This document shows, piece by piece, positions 1-9,916 of a DNA stretch of 41,481 nt. The stretch comes from an uncultured Burkholderiales bacterium. Its GTDB lineage: Bacteria; Pseudomonadota; Gammaproteobacteria; Burkholderiales; Thiobacteraceae. Within the stretch, counting starts at the first letter, position 1; each line of letters starts with the position of its first letter. The stretch lies in assembly GCA_964552595.1 (NCBI GenBank), contig CAZKHT010000001.1:1-41481 (forward strand), read 5' to 3'. The position numbers and the translations under genes are program-made. Below the pieces are notes generated by a model. It saw only the letters and a list, made by a program, of their open reading frames with translations, did no database searches and was not told where the DNA came from.

Positions 1-107
1 CCGAAGAAGGCATCGCCCCCGGCACCGCGTGGGAAGATGTGCCGCCGAATTGGACTTGCCCCGATTGCGGCGCGCGCAAAGAGGACTTCGAGATGCTAGA
101 AATTTAA
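1..107 (+). CDS. rubredoxin, C-terminal fragment (5' end lies outside the window)
   Basis: Frame 3 reads [34 protein letters not shown] then TAA at 105-107. The W-x-CPxCG knuckle followed by K-x-x-FE is the second Cys pair and tail of rubredoxins. Confidence 0.85.
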   Translation, partial: EEGIAPGTAWEDVPPNWTCPDCGARKEDFEMLEI

Positions 108-240
108 ATTCGATTGCCGTTGAAACTTCGCCGCCAACGTCGGGAACGGCCCGCCCGCGACACCAGTAGACCGCTTTAAGATTTTCTGAAATAGACCGAT
201 ATTTGCCTGCCTGGCGCGTATTTGTTTTAAGAAATAACCA

Positions 241-256
241 TGGCATAGAACTTGCC
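241..256 (+). promoter_or_regulatory. candidate sigma54 (-24/-12) promoter element
   Basis: TGGCATagaacTTGCC matches TGGCAC-N5-TTGCW. GG at 242-243 and GC at 254-255 are separated by exactly 10 nt. It lies about 135 nt upstream of pilG. A single match without an identified enhancer-binding site. Confidence 0.3.
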
Positions 257-327
257 AGTACATGGCAACAGAGATTGAGCAGCTGAAATTTAGCGTTCGA
301 ACTTCGGGTGATTTCTCAGAAATAACC

Positions 328-355
328 TTTACCTTTATTGATTTTATTTTACAAT
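328..355 (+). promoter_or_regulatory. candidate sigma70 promoter for the pilG operon
   Basis: TTTACC (328-333), 16 nt spacer, TACAAT (350-355) in an AT-rich stretch. The predicted start is about 28 nt before the pilG start codon. Confidence 0.35.
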
Positions 356-389
356 ATCCCCCAAACGGGGGCCTAGCGACGACTCGTAT

Positions 390-803
390 GTGGGGGTAAA
401 TTTGGCGGATCAGAACAATTTAGCCGGCATAAAGGTGATGGTGATTGACGACAGCAATACCATACGCCGCAGTGCGGAAATTTTCCTAGTGCAGTCTGGT
501 TGCGAAGTCATCTTGGCTGAGGATGGCTTCGACGCCATGTCTAAAATTGCGGATCACCAACCAGACGTCATTTTTGTCGATATCATGATGCCGCGTTTGG
601 ACGGATACCAGACTTGCATGCTGATCAAAAAAAATCAGCGCTTTCGCGACACGCCCGTCATCATGCTTTCCAGCAAGGACGGGCTATTCGACCGCGTTCG
701 CGGACGCATGGTGGGGTCGGACGAATACCTCACCAAACCCTTTACCAAAGACAGCTTGTTGCAGGCGGTAAAAAAACACGTATTAAGCCGAAAAGCGGCG
801 TAA
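390..803 (+). CDS. pilG: twitching-motility response regulator PilG (CheY-like single receiver)
   Basis: Receiver motifs VMVIDDS, DIMMPRLDGYQTC, MLSSKDG and YLTKPF are colinear with Pseudomonas PilG. It is the first gene in the pilG-H-I-J-chpA order. The start is ambiguous: GTG 390 (longest ORF) or TTG 402, which has a GGGGG SD-like run 5 nt upstream. Confidence 0.9.
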   Translation: MGVNLADQNNLAGIKVMVIDDSNTIRRSAEIFLVQSGCEVILAEDGFDAMSKIADHQPDVIFVDIMMPRLDGYQTCMLIKKNQRFRDTPVIMLSSKDGLFDRVRGRMVGSDEYLTKPFTKDSLLQAVKKHVLSRKAA

Positions 804-830
804 TCAAGGATTAATCTTTAAGGACAGAGC

Positions 831-1196
831 ATGCCAATCAGCAAAGTATTAGTGGTGGATGATTCACCAACCGAGCGCCATTTTTTGGGCGAGTTGCTTT
901 CCAAGCAAGGCTATCAAGTGGTCATGGCCGAAAGCGGGGAAGAAGCGATGAGTAAAGCAAAGCAACTCAAACCCGATTTGATTTTAATGGACGTGGTCAT
1001 GCCCGGGCTGAATGGATTCCAGGCGACGCGCGCAATCAGCAAGGACGACGAGACCAAAAACATCCCCGTCATCATGTGCACCTCCAAAGGCCAAGAGACG
1101 GACAAAGTGTGGGGCATGCGCCAAGGCGCGCGCGATTACGTTGTGAAGCCGATTAACATCGAAGAGCTGCTGCGAAAAATCGCGGCCCTAGGTTAA
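831..1196 (+). CDS. pilH: twitching-motility response regulator PilH (CheY-like)
   Basis: 121-aa receiver with [21 protein letters not shown] and VVKP. An AGGA ribosome-binding site precedes the ATG. It is second in the pil-chp order. Confidence 0.9.
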   Translation: MPISKVLVVDDSPTERHFLGELLSKQGYQVVMAESGEEAMSKAKQLKPDLILMDVVMPGLNGFQATRAISKDDETKNIPVIMCTSKGQETDKVWGMRQGARDYVVKPINIEELLRKIAALG

Positions 1197-1222
1197 GTAC
1201 TGAGTACCGGCAAAGACTAGCG

Positions 1223-1738
1223 ATGGCCAAGAAAGTCAGCCTCCGGCAATTCCAAGAAGGCGTGGTAGCACGCCTCAAAGAAGCGCAATCTGGCACCATC
1301 GCCCAGTCCGCCTCGAAAATGGGCGTGCAAGTCGGCAAGGAGAAATGGCTGATTAATTTGCCCGATGTCAGCGAAGTCGTGCCCCTGCCCAAACTTCTGC
1401 CGGTGCCCTTGACGCAACGCTGGTTCGCGGGGGTAGCGAATGTACGCGGCATCCTTTATAGCGCGATCGATTTTTCATATTTTTTAGATGGCGAGCCGAC
1501 TCAAGCGAATATCGACAGCCGGCTTTTATTGGCGAATGCGAAGTATCACTTGAATGCAGGCATCATCGTCCACCATATGCTGGGTTTAAAAAATCCAGAG
1601 CTATTGCAAGTGAGTGCTACCGAGAATTTGTCGCCTTGGGTGGCGACAGAGTATCTGGATAGCGACGGCATGATTTGGAAAGAACTCGATATGTCAGGAT
1701 TGGTAAATCATCCTGATTTTTTAAACGTTGGCAGATAA
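1223..1738 (+). CDS. pilI: CheW-like coupling protein PilI
   Basis: 171-aa ORF between pilH and the MCP gene. The N-terminal LRQFQ...RL segment and a CheW-fold-like core (WFAGVANVRGILYSAIDF) are typical of PilI. Confidence 0.8.
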   Translation: MAKKVSLRQFQEGVVARLKEAQSGTIAQSASKMGVQVGKEKWLINLPDVSEVVPLPKLLPVPLTQRWFAGVANVRGILYSAIDFSYFLDGEPTQANIDSRLLLANAKYHLNAGIIVHHMLGLKNPELLQVSATENLSPWVATEYLDSDGMIWKELDMSGLVNHPDFLNVGR

Positions 1739-1786
1739 GCGCGAAAACAATATTCCCTCGGCGCAAGCCTAGGAACGGAGAAGACA

Positions 1787-3889
1787 ATGGCACTCTTCAA
1801 GCTCTCTAATAAAGATAAAAAACTGGCAAAGAATCCGGCGGCGAGCGGACTTCACACGACTCTTATTATGCAAGGATTGCGCAAGCTCTCCGGTAAAGAG
1901 TCGGCGAATATCCCGCTGATAGGCGCACTGCCTCCGGAAAAGCAAATTGCCTATACCGCGGCGGCTACGGCAGCCTGTGTGCTCTTGACCGGTGCCTTGT
2001 TGATCTACAGTAACTACCAGGTCGGACGCAAAGCGACCTTCGTTGGTACCTCAACCGAAATGCAGATGTTATCGCAGCGCATCGCTAAAGGCGCCCAGCT
2101 CGCGGTCTTGGGAAATAAAGAAGCGTTCACGCAATTGCGCGACAGTAAAAGCCGCTTCGATTCTGATCTGGCCAATCTCACATCCGACTCGCCCGGCACC
2201 GCCAAGTCCACTTTGACTGAATTGAATAAACAGTGGAAGAAGATGTCGAAAGATACGACATCCATTATTTCGCAACAGCAAAGCTTGGAGAAACTCAATA
2301 AAGCCGTGGCCGCAATCAACGGCGCCAACGTGCAGATGTTGGAGCTAACGCAGCAAGTAGTTTCTTTAATGGTGCAAGCCGGGATTCCGCAGCGTGATGT
2401 GTCCATTGCATCCGATCAGGTGATGTTGACGCAGCGGATGGCGAAGAACGCCAATAATCTTTTGTCCTCAGACGTCATCGATGCCGAAGTCGCATTTTTA
2501 CTGGGTAAAGACGCCACCGCCTTCCGCGATACGTTGAACGGTTTATTGGTGGGCAGTGAAGACTTACGCGTAAGCGCGGTCAAAGACCCGGACATCCGCG
2601 AGAAGTTGAATGAATTGGCCGGCGTGTTTAAAGATTTTGACGCTAATGTAAAAGACATTTTGCTGAATATGCAAAATCTGGTGAACGCAAAACAAGCCGG
2701 TCGCGATATTTTCGAAGCCTCTGATCCTATTTTGAAAAACACCCAGAAGCTCACCGAAACCTATGAAAAATTAGGCACGTTTAGCGGATGGTTCGCGGTC
2801 ATCTTCGGCTTCTTCGCCTTGATCAGCGCCGTGCTTTTAGCTTGGTCTATTGTTAACGACGCCCGCCAGCGCGCGGTGCGCAGTGAAGAAGAAAACAAAC
2901 GTAACCAAGAAGCTATTTTACGGCTGCTGAACGAAATGGGCGATTTGGCGGAAGGCGATTTGACCGTGAAAGCCTCGGTGACCGAAGACATCACCGGCGC
3001 CATCGCGGATTCCATCAATTACACGATTGACGAATTGCGTATCTTAGTTGCGGAGATCAATAAAGCCACCGACCAAGTGACTAGCGCATCGCAACAAGCG
3101 CAATCCATTTCCGCGCAATTACTCGATGCCGCGCAGCGCCAATCGAAAGAAATCGAAGAAACCTCCGCCTCGGTCTTGAAAATGGCCGACTCCATTAACG
3201 AGGTGTCGGAAACCGCGGTCGAGTCCGCTCGCGTGGCGCAGCAATCCCTAGACGCCGCGCAAAAAGGCCAGTCCGCGGTGCAAAACTCGATCTCGGGTAT
3301 GAATGAGATTCGCGAGCAAATACAAGAAACCGCGAAACGCATCAAACGCCTGGGCGAATCCTCGCAAGAGATTTCGGAGATCGTGGAGCTGATTTCCGAC
3401 ATTACCGAGCAAACCAATATTCTGGCTTTGAACGCCGCCATCCAAGCGGCTTCCGCCGGTGAAGCCGGACGCGGATTCACGGTGGTTGCGGAAGAGGTGC
3501 AACGTCTGGCGGAACGCTCCGGCGAGGCGACCAAGCAAATCGGTGCGATTGTGAAAACCATTCAAACAGACACGCATGATGCCGTGGCCGCTATGGAAAA
3601 AAGCACCCAGGGTGTGGTCGAAGGGGCCAAGCTATCGGATGCGGCGGGGCAAGCCTTGTCGGAAATCGGTAGCGTGTCGCAAGAACTGGCGGGCTTGATT
3701 CAGCGAATCTCGCAAACCACGCAGGCGCAAACCGAGGTGGCCAAAACCGTGGCGCAAAACATGCAGGACATCCAAAACATTACCAACCAAACGACGGAAG
3801 GTACCAAGCGCACTGCGGTGTCCATCGGCCAGCTGGCTAATTTGGCGGCGGACTTAAAAGGTTCGGTCGCCGGTTTCAAACTTTCTTAA
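1787..3889 (+). CDS. pilJ: methyl-accepting chemotaxis protein PilJ
   Basis: 700 aa. It has two hydrophobic segments (the second is [21 protein letters not shown]). The MCP signalling hairpin is highly conserved: [38 protein letters not shown]. Confidence 0.92.
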   Translation: MALFKLSNKDKKLAKNPAASGLHTTLIMQGLRKLSGKESANIPLIGALPPEKQIAYTAAATAACVLLTGALLIYSNYQVGRKATFVGTSTEMQMLSQRIAKGAQLAVLGNKEAFTQLRDSKSRFDSDLANLTSDSPGTAKSTLTELNKQWKKMSKDTTSIISQQQSLEKLNKAVAAINGANVQMLELTQQVVSLMVQAGIPQRDVSIASDQVMLTQRMAKNANNLLSSDVIDAEVAFLLGKDATAFRDTLNGLLVGSEDLRVSAVKDPDIREKLNELAGVFKDFDANVKDILLNMQNLVNAKQAGRDIFEASDPILKNTQKLTETYEKLGTFSGWFAVIFGFFALISAVLLAWSIVNDARQRAVRSEEENKRNQEAILRLLNEMGDLAEGDLTVKASVTEDITGAIADSINYTIDELRILVAEINKATDQVTSASQQAQSISAQLLDAAQRQSKEIEETSASVLKMADSINEVSETAVESARVAQQSLDAAQKGQSAVQNSISGMNEIREQIQETAKRIKRLGESSQEISEIVELISDITEQTNILALNAAIQAASAGEAGRGFTVVAEEVQRLAERSGEATKQIGAIVKTIQTDTHDAVAAMEKSTQGVVEGAKLSDAAGQALSEIGSVSQELAGLIQRISQTTQAQTEVAKTVAQNMQDIQNITNQTTEGTKRTAVSIGQLANLAADLKGSVAGFKLS

Positions 3890-3892
3890 AGC

Positions 3893-6800
3893 ATGAGTCA
3901 AACCGAATTCGACATCGGCCCATTGACTTGGGTCAAAGCGGAAATCGACGCGGCGATCTTGCGCGCCAAGGAGCAGATCGCGCATTTCGCCGGCAATCTG
4001 AGCGACACCACGCCTTTGCGTTTTGCGCAGCCGCATTTACATCAAGTCAAAGGCGCCATTCAAATGGTGGGCCTAGACGGCCTGGCGCGTTTTGTCGAAG
4101 AAGTCGAGCGTTTTATGACTGCGCTGGAGTCGCGCGAGGTCGCCGCCACCGCGGAGACTCTGGATGTCTTGGACTCGGGCTTTACCAGCATAGGAAAATA
4201 TTTAGACGACTTAATGGCCGGCGGTCCCGACGTGCCCTTGAGTCTATTCCCGGTTTATAAAAAGTTATTAGAAGCGCGCGGTGTACAGCGCGTCGCCGAA
4301 AGCGATTTATTTTTTCCGGATCTATCGGTACGCGCCCCGCGCTCCGACGCCGTGGCACCGGTACCGGAAGCCGAAGTGCCGCGCTATGTGCGTGGTCTGC
4401 GTACCAAATACCAAAAAGGCTTGCTTGCGTATTTGAAAAATGCGGGTGATCGTGCGGGTCTGACGGCGATGCGCGAGGCCTTGGCTGAAGTTGAGGCCAC
4501 GCAAACCCAACCCGCCAGCCGGACTTTCTGGTGGACCGCGGTAGGCTTTATTGATGCGTTATTGGATGGCGGCATCGTTCCTCAATTCAATGTCAAAAGT
4601 TTATGCGGCCGCATTGATCAGCAAATTCGCCGTGTCGGTGAGAGCACCGCTAAAGTCGCCGAAAAACTCAATCGCGATGTCTTGTACTACGTTGCAACGG
4701 CGCAGCCGGCGAGCGAGCGTTTAGCGCAGATCAAACAAACGTTTGAGCTGAGTGCGCATTTACCCACGCACACCGCTGCCAGCCCATCTGATCAAGCCCT
4801 GGAACGCACCAAGCCGCTACTACGTGAATTGTCTGACCTGATTAGCGCGGCCAAGGAAGCCTGGCTGAAATTCACCGCCGGCAATAAAGATATTCTGAAA
4901 ATTTTCCAAGACCACACCCGGCGCGCGCTGACAAAAGCGAAAGCCCTGGATTTTCAACCGCTGGTAGGTTTAGTCGACACTTTGGCGCATAGCGCGGACA
5001 CCTTAGCTGAGCGCGGTGACGTGTCGGAAGCCGTCTCCATGGAAATGGCGACGGCGCTGTTGCTGATAGAAAGCGCAGCACAAAATTTCGCGCGCTTGAC
5101 CCCCGAGTTTGCGCATCACGCGGAAGTCCAAGGCCGGCGCTTAAGCGCGGTGTTGAACGGACAGTCGACCGCCGATATCGAAGAAGTGCCGCTGCTGGAT
5201 GAAATGGGGCGCAAGGCGCAAGAAAAACTCTTGCTGACCCAGGTCGGAACCGAAATTCAAACCAATTTGCGGCATATCGAGCAAGTCCTAGACGCCTACT
5301 TCCGCGACCACAATAAGCGCTCCGACATTCCGGGCTTAAGTTCCTATACGCATCAAATTTTTGGCGCGCTCAGCATCTTGGAATTAGAGCGTGCCGCCGA
5401 CCTCTTGAATGCTTGCCAGTTAATCATCGATAAATTCGCCGATGCCGCTTACACACCCAACGCGCAAGATATGGAGTGGGTGGCGGAAGGTTTGAGCAGC
5501 TTAGGGTTTTACATAGAAGCGGTGCAACATGGGCGCAGTGACGCCTTCGAAATTATTGCGCCCGTTATCAAAACTTTCCCGGGGATTCAAAACCGCGTCC
5601 TGCGCGAGGCCGAATCCAGCGAAGCAGCACCGGTGGAAGAAGAAATCGCCTTGGTGCCCGAGGCGCCCATCGCCAGCGTGGAAGCCGGCATAGAAGAACA
5701 AAAACGCGACGTTCAGAATTTATACGAAGCGTGGCGTGCGAGCCCCACGCCAGAGACTCGCAACGCCTTGCGCGCGCAACTGACGAGCCTGGGTCAAGAC
5801 GCCGATCTTATTGATGACACCCAGCTCAAGGGACGCGTGAGCAAGACCCTCGCCGCTTTGGATGTGGCCAGCGACCCAAACGACGAGCGCGTCAGCAGCG
5901 TACTGAGTGAATTGACGGCGCCTAGAGTCGCGGCGGTCGCGCCTTCGCAAGAAACCAGTCGCCTTATAGAAGCCAGCAAAGAGGTCATAGATCGCGAACT
6001 CTTAGAAACCTATTTGGAAGAAGCACAAGAAGTGCTGGAACGCGTCGATCAGAATCTGATCGTGATACGCCGTCGTCCGCACGATCACGAAGCGCTGGTA
6101 ACCATACGGCGCGGCTTCCACACTTTAAAAGGCTCTGGCCGCATGGTGGGCCTCACCGACTTAGGTGAAGTCGCCTGGGGCATAGAGCAAACCATGAATC
6201 GCTGGCTGGAAGAAGAAAAAGACGCCAGCCCTGAGTTAATCAGCATGTTGCAATCCGCTCACGACGCCTTTGCCGGCTGGGTAGAAATACTCAATCGCGA
6301 AGGCAGTGTTGCCGTCAATGCCGAAGCCTTATTGGCTCAGGCATCGGCACTGCGGGAGGACCCCTCCGGCCCTTTTGATTTGTCGGCCCGGCGTGAGGCG
6401 CTCGTCGCCTCGCGCCGGGCCGCGGCGGAGGAGGAACTCGCCTCCGCCCATCATGGTCAGCGCGCCAGCGATCTGACGGCCGCGTCTGCAAATGAGGAGC
6501 TTGCCCCGTCAACAGCTCTGCTTGACGGCGAAGCGGGTCGCGATAGCAATCAAGTCTCCCTAGACTCAGAGCCCGCTGAAAAGCAAGCGGAGCCGACTGA
6601 GGCCATCGAGGAAATCAATTTAAGCTCGGCACCGATTGCAGAAGGCCGCGCCCCGGAAGCTGATGCTACGCTGTCCGCCACACCTGATTTTATCCAGGCT
6701 GTCGATACCGAAAACGTCTCCGAGCTGACTACCACCCTAGACCCGGTGCCAGACTCGGCGCCCCGCTCCGCGCCGGAATCTTACGCGACGGAGGAGGCGA

Positions 6801-9800
6801 GCAGTGCTTCTCCCGTCGACAGCGAGGCGGATGCGAGTGCTTTAGAACAAGCGCAGCTGCAATCTGCCGACGACGCGACGCCGCATCTTGCGCAAGCCGA
6901 GGCTGCTACCGCGCAAGATGAAGCGCCGGATTCACATCCCGTTGCAGCGCCAGATAATGCGCAGCCAGATAATGCCGAGATCGAAGTGGGCGGGGTTGCA
7001 GTCTCCAGCGCCTTGCACCGCTTGTTTTTGGATGAAGCGGCGCAGTACTTAGATATTTTAGAGCAGGGCTTATCCGAATTATCGGATCCAAAAAACCTCA
7101 GCGGCCATGAAGATTTGGTGCGCGCGGCGCACACTTTGGCGGGCATATCCAGCACCGTAGGCTTTTATGCGCCGGCGGATTTGGCGCACGAATTCGAGCA
7201 ATGGCTCACCGATTTGGTTCATCATCCGCGCGCCCTTGCCCAGGACGAATTAAGCCAGGCGCGTTCCGCCTTGACGCGCCTGCGTGGCATGGTGGCTTCT
7301 ATCCAGGCCTTGGATTTGCCGCAGCCGGAACGCGATTTGAGCGAACGCCTGCGGCAGATGGTAATAGATGCGCGGCATACGCGCGAAGCCGCCGAAGCAG
7401 ATGCCCAAACAGCTGCACAAGACGGTGCCGCCGACGAAAGCATACCCGACTCGAACAGCGTCGCCGCACCGGCGACGCCCCCACTATCTTCAGCACCGGC
7501 GGAATCTACGCCAACCATTGCTCCTAGGGTGGTCTCTATGCCAGAACCCGCAACGCCTATCGAAATCGACAGCAGTATCAAAGACGATTTAGACGAACAA
7601 CTGCTACCGGTATTCCTAGAAGAGGCGCAAGAATTAATGCCTTTCATAGGCACGCAACTGCGTACTTGGCGCGCTGCCCCGAGTGATACGCCAGCGGCGC
7701 AAGCGCTGAACCGCGCGTTGCATACATTGAAAGGTTCGGCGCGTATGGCGGGTGCCATGCGTTTAGGGGATTTGACTCACAGAATGGAGACACGGGCACT
7801 GGCCGTCGCCGAAGCGGAAGTACGCGAAGACTCTATGTTCGAGGAGTTGGATCGGCATTTCGACGCGATTAGCGATGTGCATGAAGCGCTGATTCGTGGC
7901 GATCAAGCCCCCGCCGCGCCGGAAGTCGCCGCACAGGCTGCGCGCATTGAAACCATTATGCCCGTGGCGCTGGGCGTCTCTAGGCCCAGCACGGTTCCGC
8001 AAAGCGGCATGTTGGCCGAGATGGAGCAAGCGGCCGCGCGCGCCGTTCTGCGTGTGCGCGCCGATACCGTGGATCGTTTGGTGAATGAAGCGGGCGAAGT
8101 GAGTATCACCCGCTCGCGTATCGAAGGCGAAATGCAGCATTTCAAACAATCACTAAAAGAATTAACCGAAAACGTGATTCGCTTGCGCGGCCAATTGCGC
8201 GAAATCGAAATCCAAGCCGAGTCGCAAATGCAGTCGCGCATTTCCGCGGCTCAAGATACGCAATTCGACCCCTTGGAATTTGATCGATTCACACGCTTGC
8301 AAGAAGTCACGCGCATGATGGCGGAAAGCGTGAACGACGTCGCCACTGTGCAGCAAAATATGTTGAAAAATCTGGACGAGGCCGAGGGCGCCTTGATTGC
8401 GCAAGGCCGGCTGAATCGCGAATTGCAGCAGGGTTTGATGCGCATACGCATGGTGCCCATGTCTAGCGTGACCGAGCGCTTGCATCGCATCGTGCGCCAA
8501 ACCGCTAAGGAAACCGGTAAGCGCGCCGCGCTTAAAGTCGAAGGCGAAAGCGTGGAGCTAGATCGCTCGGTCTTGGAAAAAATGACGGCGCCTTTCGAGC
8601 ATCTGTTACGCAACGCCGTGGCCCACGGCATAGAAACCGAACAAGACCGCGAAATCGCCGGCAAGAACGAGACCGGCGCCATCGAGCTGCGCGCTCGCCA
8701 AGAAGGCAATGAAGTCGTGTTGACCATACGTGATGACGGCGCCGGCATCGATTTGGAGCGGGTGCGAGCGAAGGCCATAGAATTAGGCATGTTGGGCGCA
8801 CAAGAAGAAACCACGCCGAATAAACTCATGGAATTAATTTTCAACGCGGGCTTTTCCACCGCCAGCGAAGTAACGCAAATCGCCGGCCGCGGCGTCGGCA
8901 TGGACGTGGTGCGCAATGAAATCGCCGGTCTTGGCGGACGCATAGAAGTCACATCGAATAAAGGCTATGGCAGCACGTTTACGATTTATTTGCCGCTGAC
9001 CTTAGCGGTCACGCAAGTCGTCATGGTGCGCTCCGGCGAAAACCAATTTGCCATCCCCGCTTCCATGGTCGAACAAGTGCAAGAAGTCAAAGCTCTCGCG
9101 CTGAGCGATATTTATCAGAAAGGCCAAGTCGACTGGCTGGGAAATACTTATCCGCTGCACTATCTGCCACGACTCTTGGGCGACGATGAAACCATGCCCG
9201 AGGCCAAGCAATACACCTCCATCATGTTGTTGCGCAGCGGTACCCAAAGGGCGGCCATCCACGTCGACAGCCTAGAGCGCAACCAAGAGGTGGTGGTGAA
9301 AAACATAGGCCCGCAACTGGCTCGCGTGTCTGGAATTTCCGGTGCCACCGTCTTGGGTAATGGCCAAATCGTATTAATCCTCAACCCCGTGCAATTGGCC
9401 AATCGCGAAGCGCCCCACGTCGGCGGCCAAGCCGTCACCCCGGCGAAAGCGGCCGAACCGCAAACCGCGCCGGTGATCATGGTGGTGGACGACTCCTTAA
9501 CCGTGCGCAAAATCACTGGACGGCTGCTGTCGAAAGAAGGCTATCAAGTAGTCACCGCCAAAGACGGCGTCGATGCCTTGCAGCAACTTCAAGAAATCCA
9601 GCCGGCGGTGATGTTGGTGGATATCGAAATGCCGCGCATGGACGGCTTTGAATTGACCAAGAATGTGCGCGGCGATGCGCAAATGGCGCATATTCCCATC
9701 ATCATGATTACCTCGCGCACGGCGGAAAAGCATCGCAATTACGCGCGCGAATTAGGGGTAAATGTGTATCTCGGCAAACCCTATCAAGAAGAAGAATTGC

Positions 9801-9856
9801 TGGGGCATATTGCGACCTTTATCAAAGAAGGTGCGCGTGTCACGACTCCAGTTTAG
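3893..9856 (+). CDS. chpA: hybrid CheA-type histidine kinase ChpA/PilL (multi-Hpt, HATPase, CheW, receiver)
   Basis: 1987-aa ORF starting 4 nt after pilJ. Five H-x-x-(K/F/A)-G Hpt-type motifs have His codons at 4040, 5351, 6119, 7130 and 7721. HATPase blocks are HLLRNAVAHGIE, DDGAGID, GRGVGMDVV and GYGSTFTIYLPLTLA. A CheW-like segment follows, then a C-terminal receiver (VIMVVDDS, DIEMPRMDGF, GKPY). Confidence 0.93.
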   Translation: MSQTEFDIGPLTWVKAEIDAAILRAKEQIAHFAGNLSDTTPLRFAQPHLHQVKGAIQMVGLDGLARFVEEVERFMTALESREVAATAETLDVLDSGFTSIGKYLDDLMAGGPDVPLSLFPVYKKLLEARGVQRVAESDLFFPDLSVRAPRSDAVAPVPEAEVPRYVRGLRTKYQKGLLAYLKNAGDRAGLTAMREALAEVEATQTQPASRTFWWTAVGFIDALLDGGIVPQFNVKSLCGRIDQQIRRVGESTAKVAEKLNRDVLYYVATAQPASERLAQIKQTFELSAHLPTHTAASPSDQALERTKPLLRELSDLISAAKEAWLKFTAGNKDILKIFQDHTRRALTKAKALDFQPLVGLVDTLAHSADTLAERGDVSEAVSMEMATALLLIESAAQNFARLTPEFAHHAEVQGRRLSAVLNGQSTADIEEVPLLDEMGRKAQEKLLLTQVGTEIQTNLRHIEQVLDAYFRDHNKRSDIPGLSSYTHQIFGALSILELERAADLLNACQLIIDKFADAAYTPNAQDMEWVAEGLSSLGFYIEAVQHGRSDAFEIIAPVIKTFPGIQNRVLREAESSEAAPVEEEIALVPEAPIASVEAGIEEQKRDVQNLYEAWRASPTPETRNALRAQLTSLGQDADLIDDTQLKGRVSKTLAALDVASDPNDERVSSVLSELTAPRVAAVAPSQETSRLIEASKEVIDRELLETYLEEAQEVLERVDQNLIVIRRRPHDHEALVTIRRGFHTLKGSGRMVGLTDLGEVAWGIEQTMNRWLEEEKDASPELISMLQSAHDAFAGWVEILNREGSVAVNAEALLAQASALREDPSGPFDLSARREALVASRRAAAEEELASAHHGQRASDLTAASANEELAPSTALLDGEAGRDSNQVSLDSEPAEKQAEPTEAIEEINLSSAPIAEGRAPEADATLSATPDFIQAVDTENVSELTTTLDPVPDSAPRSAPESYATEEASSASPVDSEADASALEQAQLQSADDATPHLAQAEAATAQDEAPDSHPVAAPDNAQPDNAEIEVGGVAVSSALHRLFLDEAAQYLDILEQGLSELSDPKNLSGHEDLVRAAHTLAGISSTVGFYAPADLAHEFEQWLTDLVHHPRALAQDELSQARSALTRLRGMVASIQALDLPQPERDLSERLRQMVIDARHTREAAEADAQTAAQDGAADESIPDSNSVAAPATPPLSSAPAESTPTIAPRVVSMPEPATPIEIDSSIKDDLDEQLLPVFLEEAQELMPFIGTQLRTWRAAPSDTPAAQALNRALHTLKGSARMAGAMRLGDLTHRMETRALAVAEAEVREDSMFEELDRHFDAISDVHEALIRGDQAPAAPEVAAQAARIETIMPVALGVSRPSTVPQSGMLAEMEQAAARAVLRVRADTVDRLVNEAGEVSITRSRIEGEMQHFKQSLKELTENVIRLRGQLREIEIQAESQMQSRISAAQDTQFDPLEFDRFTRLQEVTRMMAESVNDVATVQQNMLKNLDEAEGALIAQGRLNRELQQGLMRIRMVPMSSVTERLHRIVRQTAKETGKRAALKVEGESVELDRSVLEKMTAPFEHLLRNAVAHGIETEQDREIAGKNETGAIELRARQEGNEVVLTIRDDGAGIDLERVRAKAIELGMLGAQEETTPNKLMELIFNAGFSTASEVTQIAGRGVGMDVVRNEIAGLGGRIEVTSNKGYGSTFTIYLPLTLAVTQVVMVRSGENQFAIPASMVEQVQEVKALALSDIYQKGQVDWLGNTYPLHYLPRLLGDDETMPEAKQYTSIMLLRSGTQRAAIHVDSLERNQEVVVKNIGPQLARVSGISGATVLGNGQIVLILNPVQLANREAPHVGGQAVTPAKAAEPQTAPVIMVVDDSLTVRKITGRLLSKEGYQVVTAKDGVDALQQLQEIQPAVMLVDIEMPRMDGFELTKNVRGDAQMAHIPIIMITSRTAEKHRNYARELGVNVYLGKPYQEEELLGHIATFIKEGARVTTPV

Positions 9857-9867
9857 CCAGCACACTA

Positions 9868-9905
9868 CCCAAAAAACGACCGCAACGCGCGGCCTTTTTT
9901 TTGGG
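9868..9905. terminator. bidirectional intrinsic terminator between convergent chpA and uppP
   Basis: CCCAAAAAA-cgaccgcaacgcgcggcc-TTTTTTTTGGG. An inner GC-rich near-palindrome (GACCGC/GCGGCC) is flanked by an A6 run on one side and a T8 run on the other. It therefore reads as hairpin plus U-tract on either strand. Confidence 0.7.
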
Positions 9906-9916
9906 TATAAGCGGGC

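Noticed and set aside
614-814. 66-aa alternative-frame ORF inside pilG, and similar short ORFs inside pilH and pilI (914..1117, 1153..1452, 1217..1417).
   Set aside because: They are embedded in strongly supported receiver and CheW genes. They are basic and low-complexity and lack ribosome-binding sites.
7222-8952. Long antisense ORFs inside chpA (7222..7758, 178 aa; 8251..8952, 233 aa; plus several of 60-130 aa).
   Set aside because: They lie fully within a well-supported 1987-aa gene. They are Arg/Ser/Ala/Cys-rich with no motifs, as expected from the reverse frames of GC-rich coding DNA.
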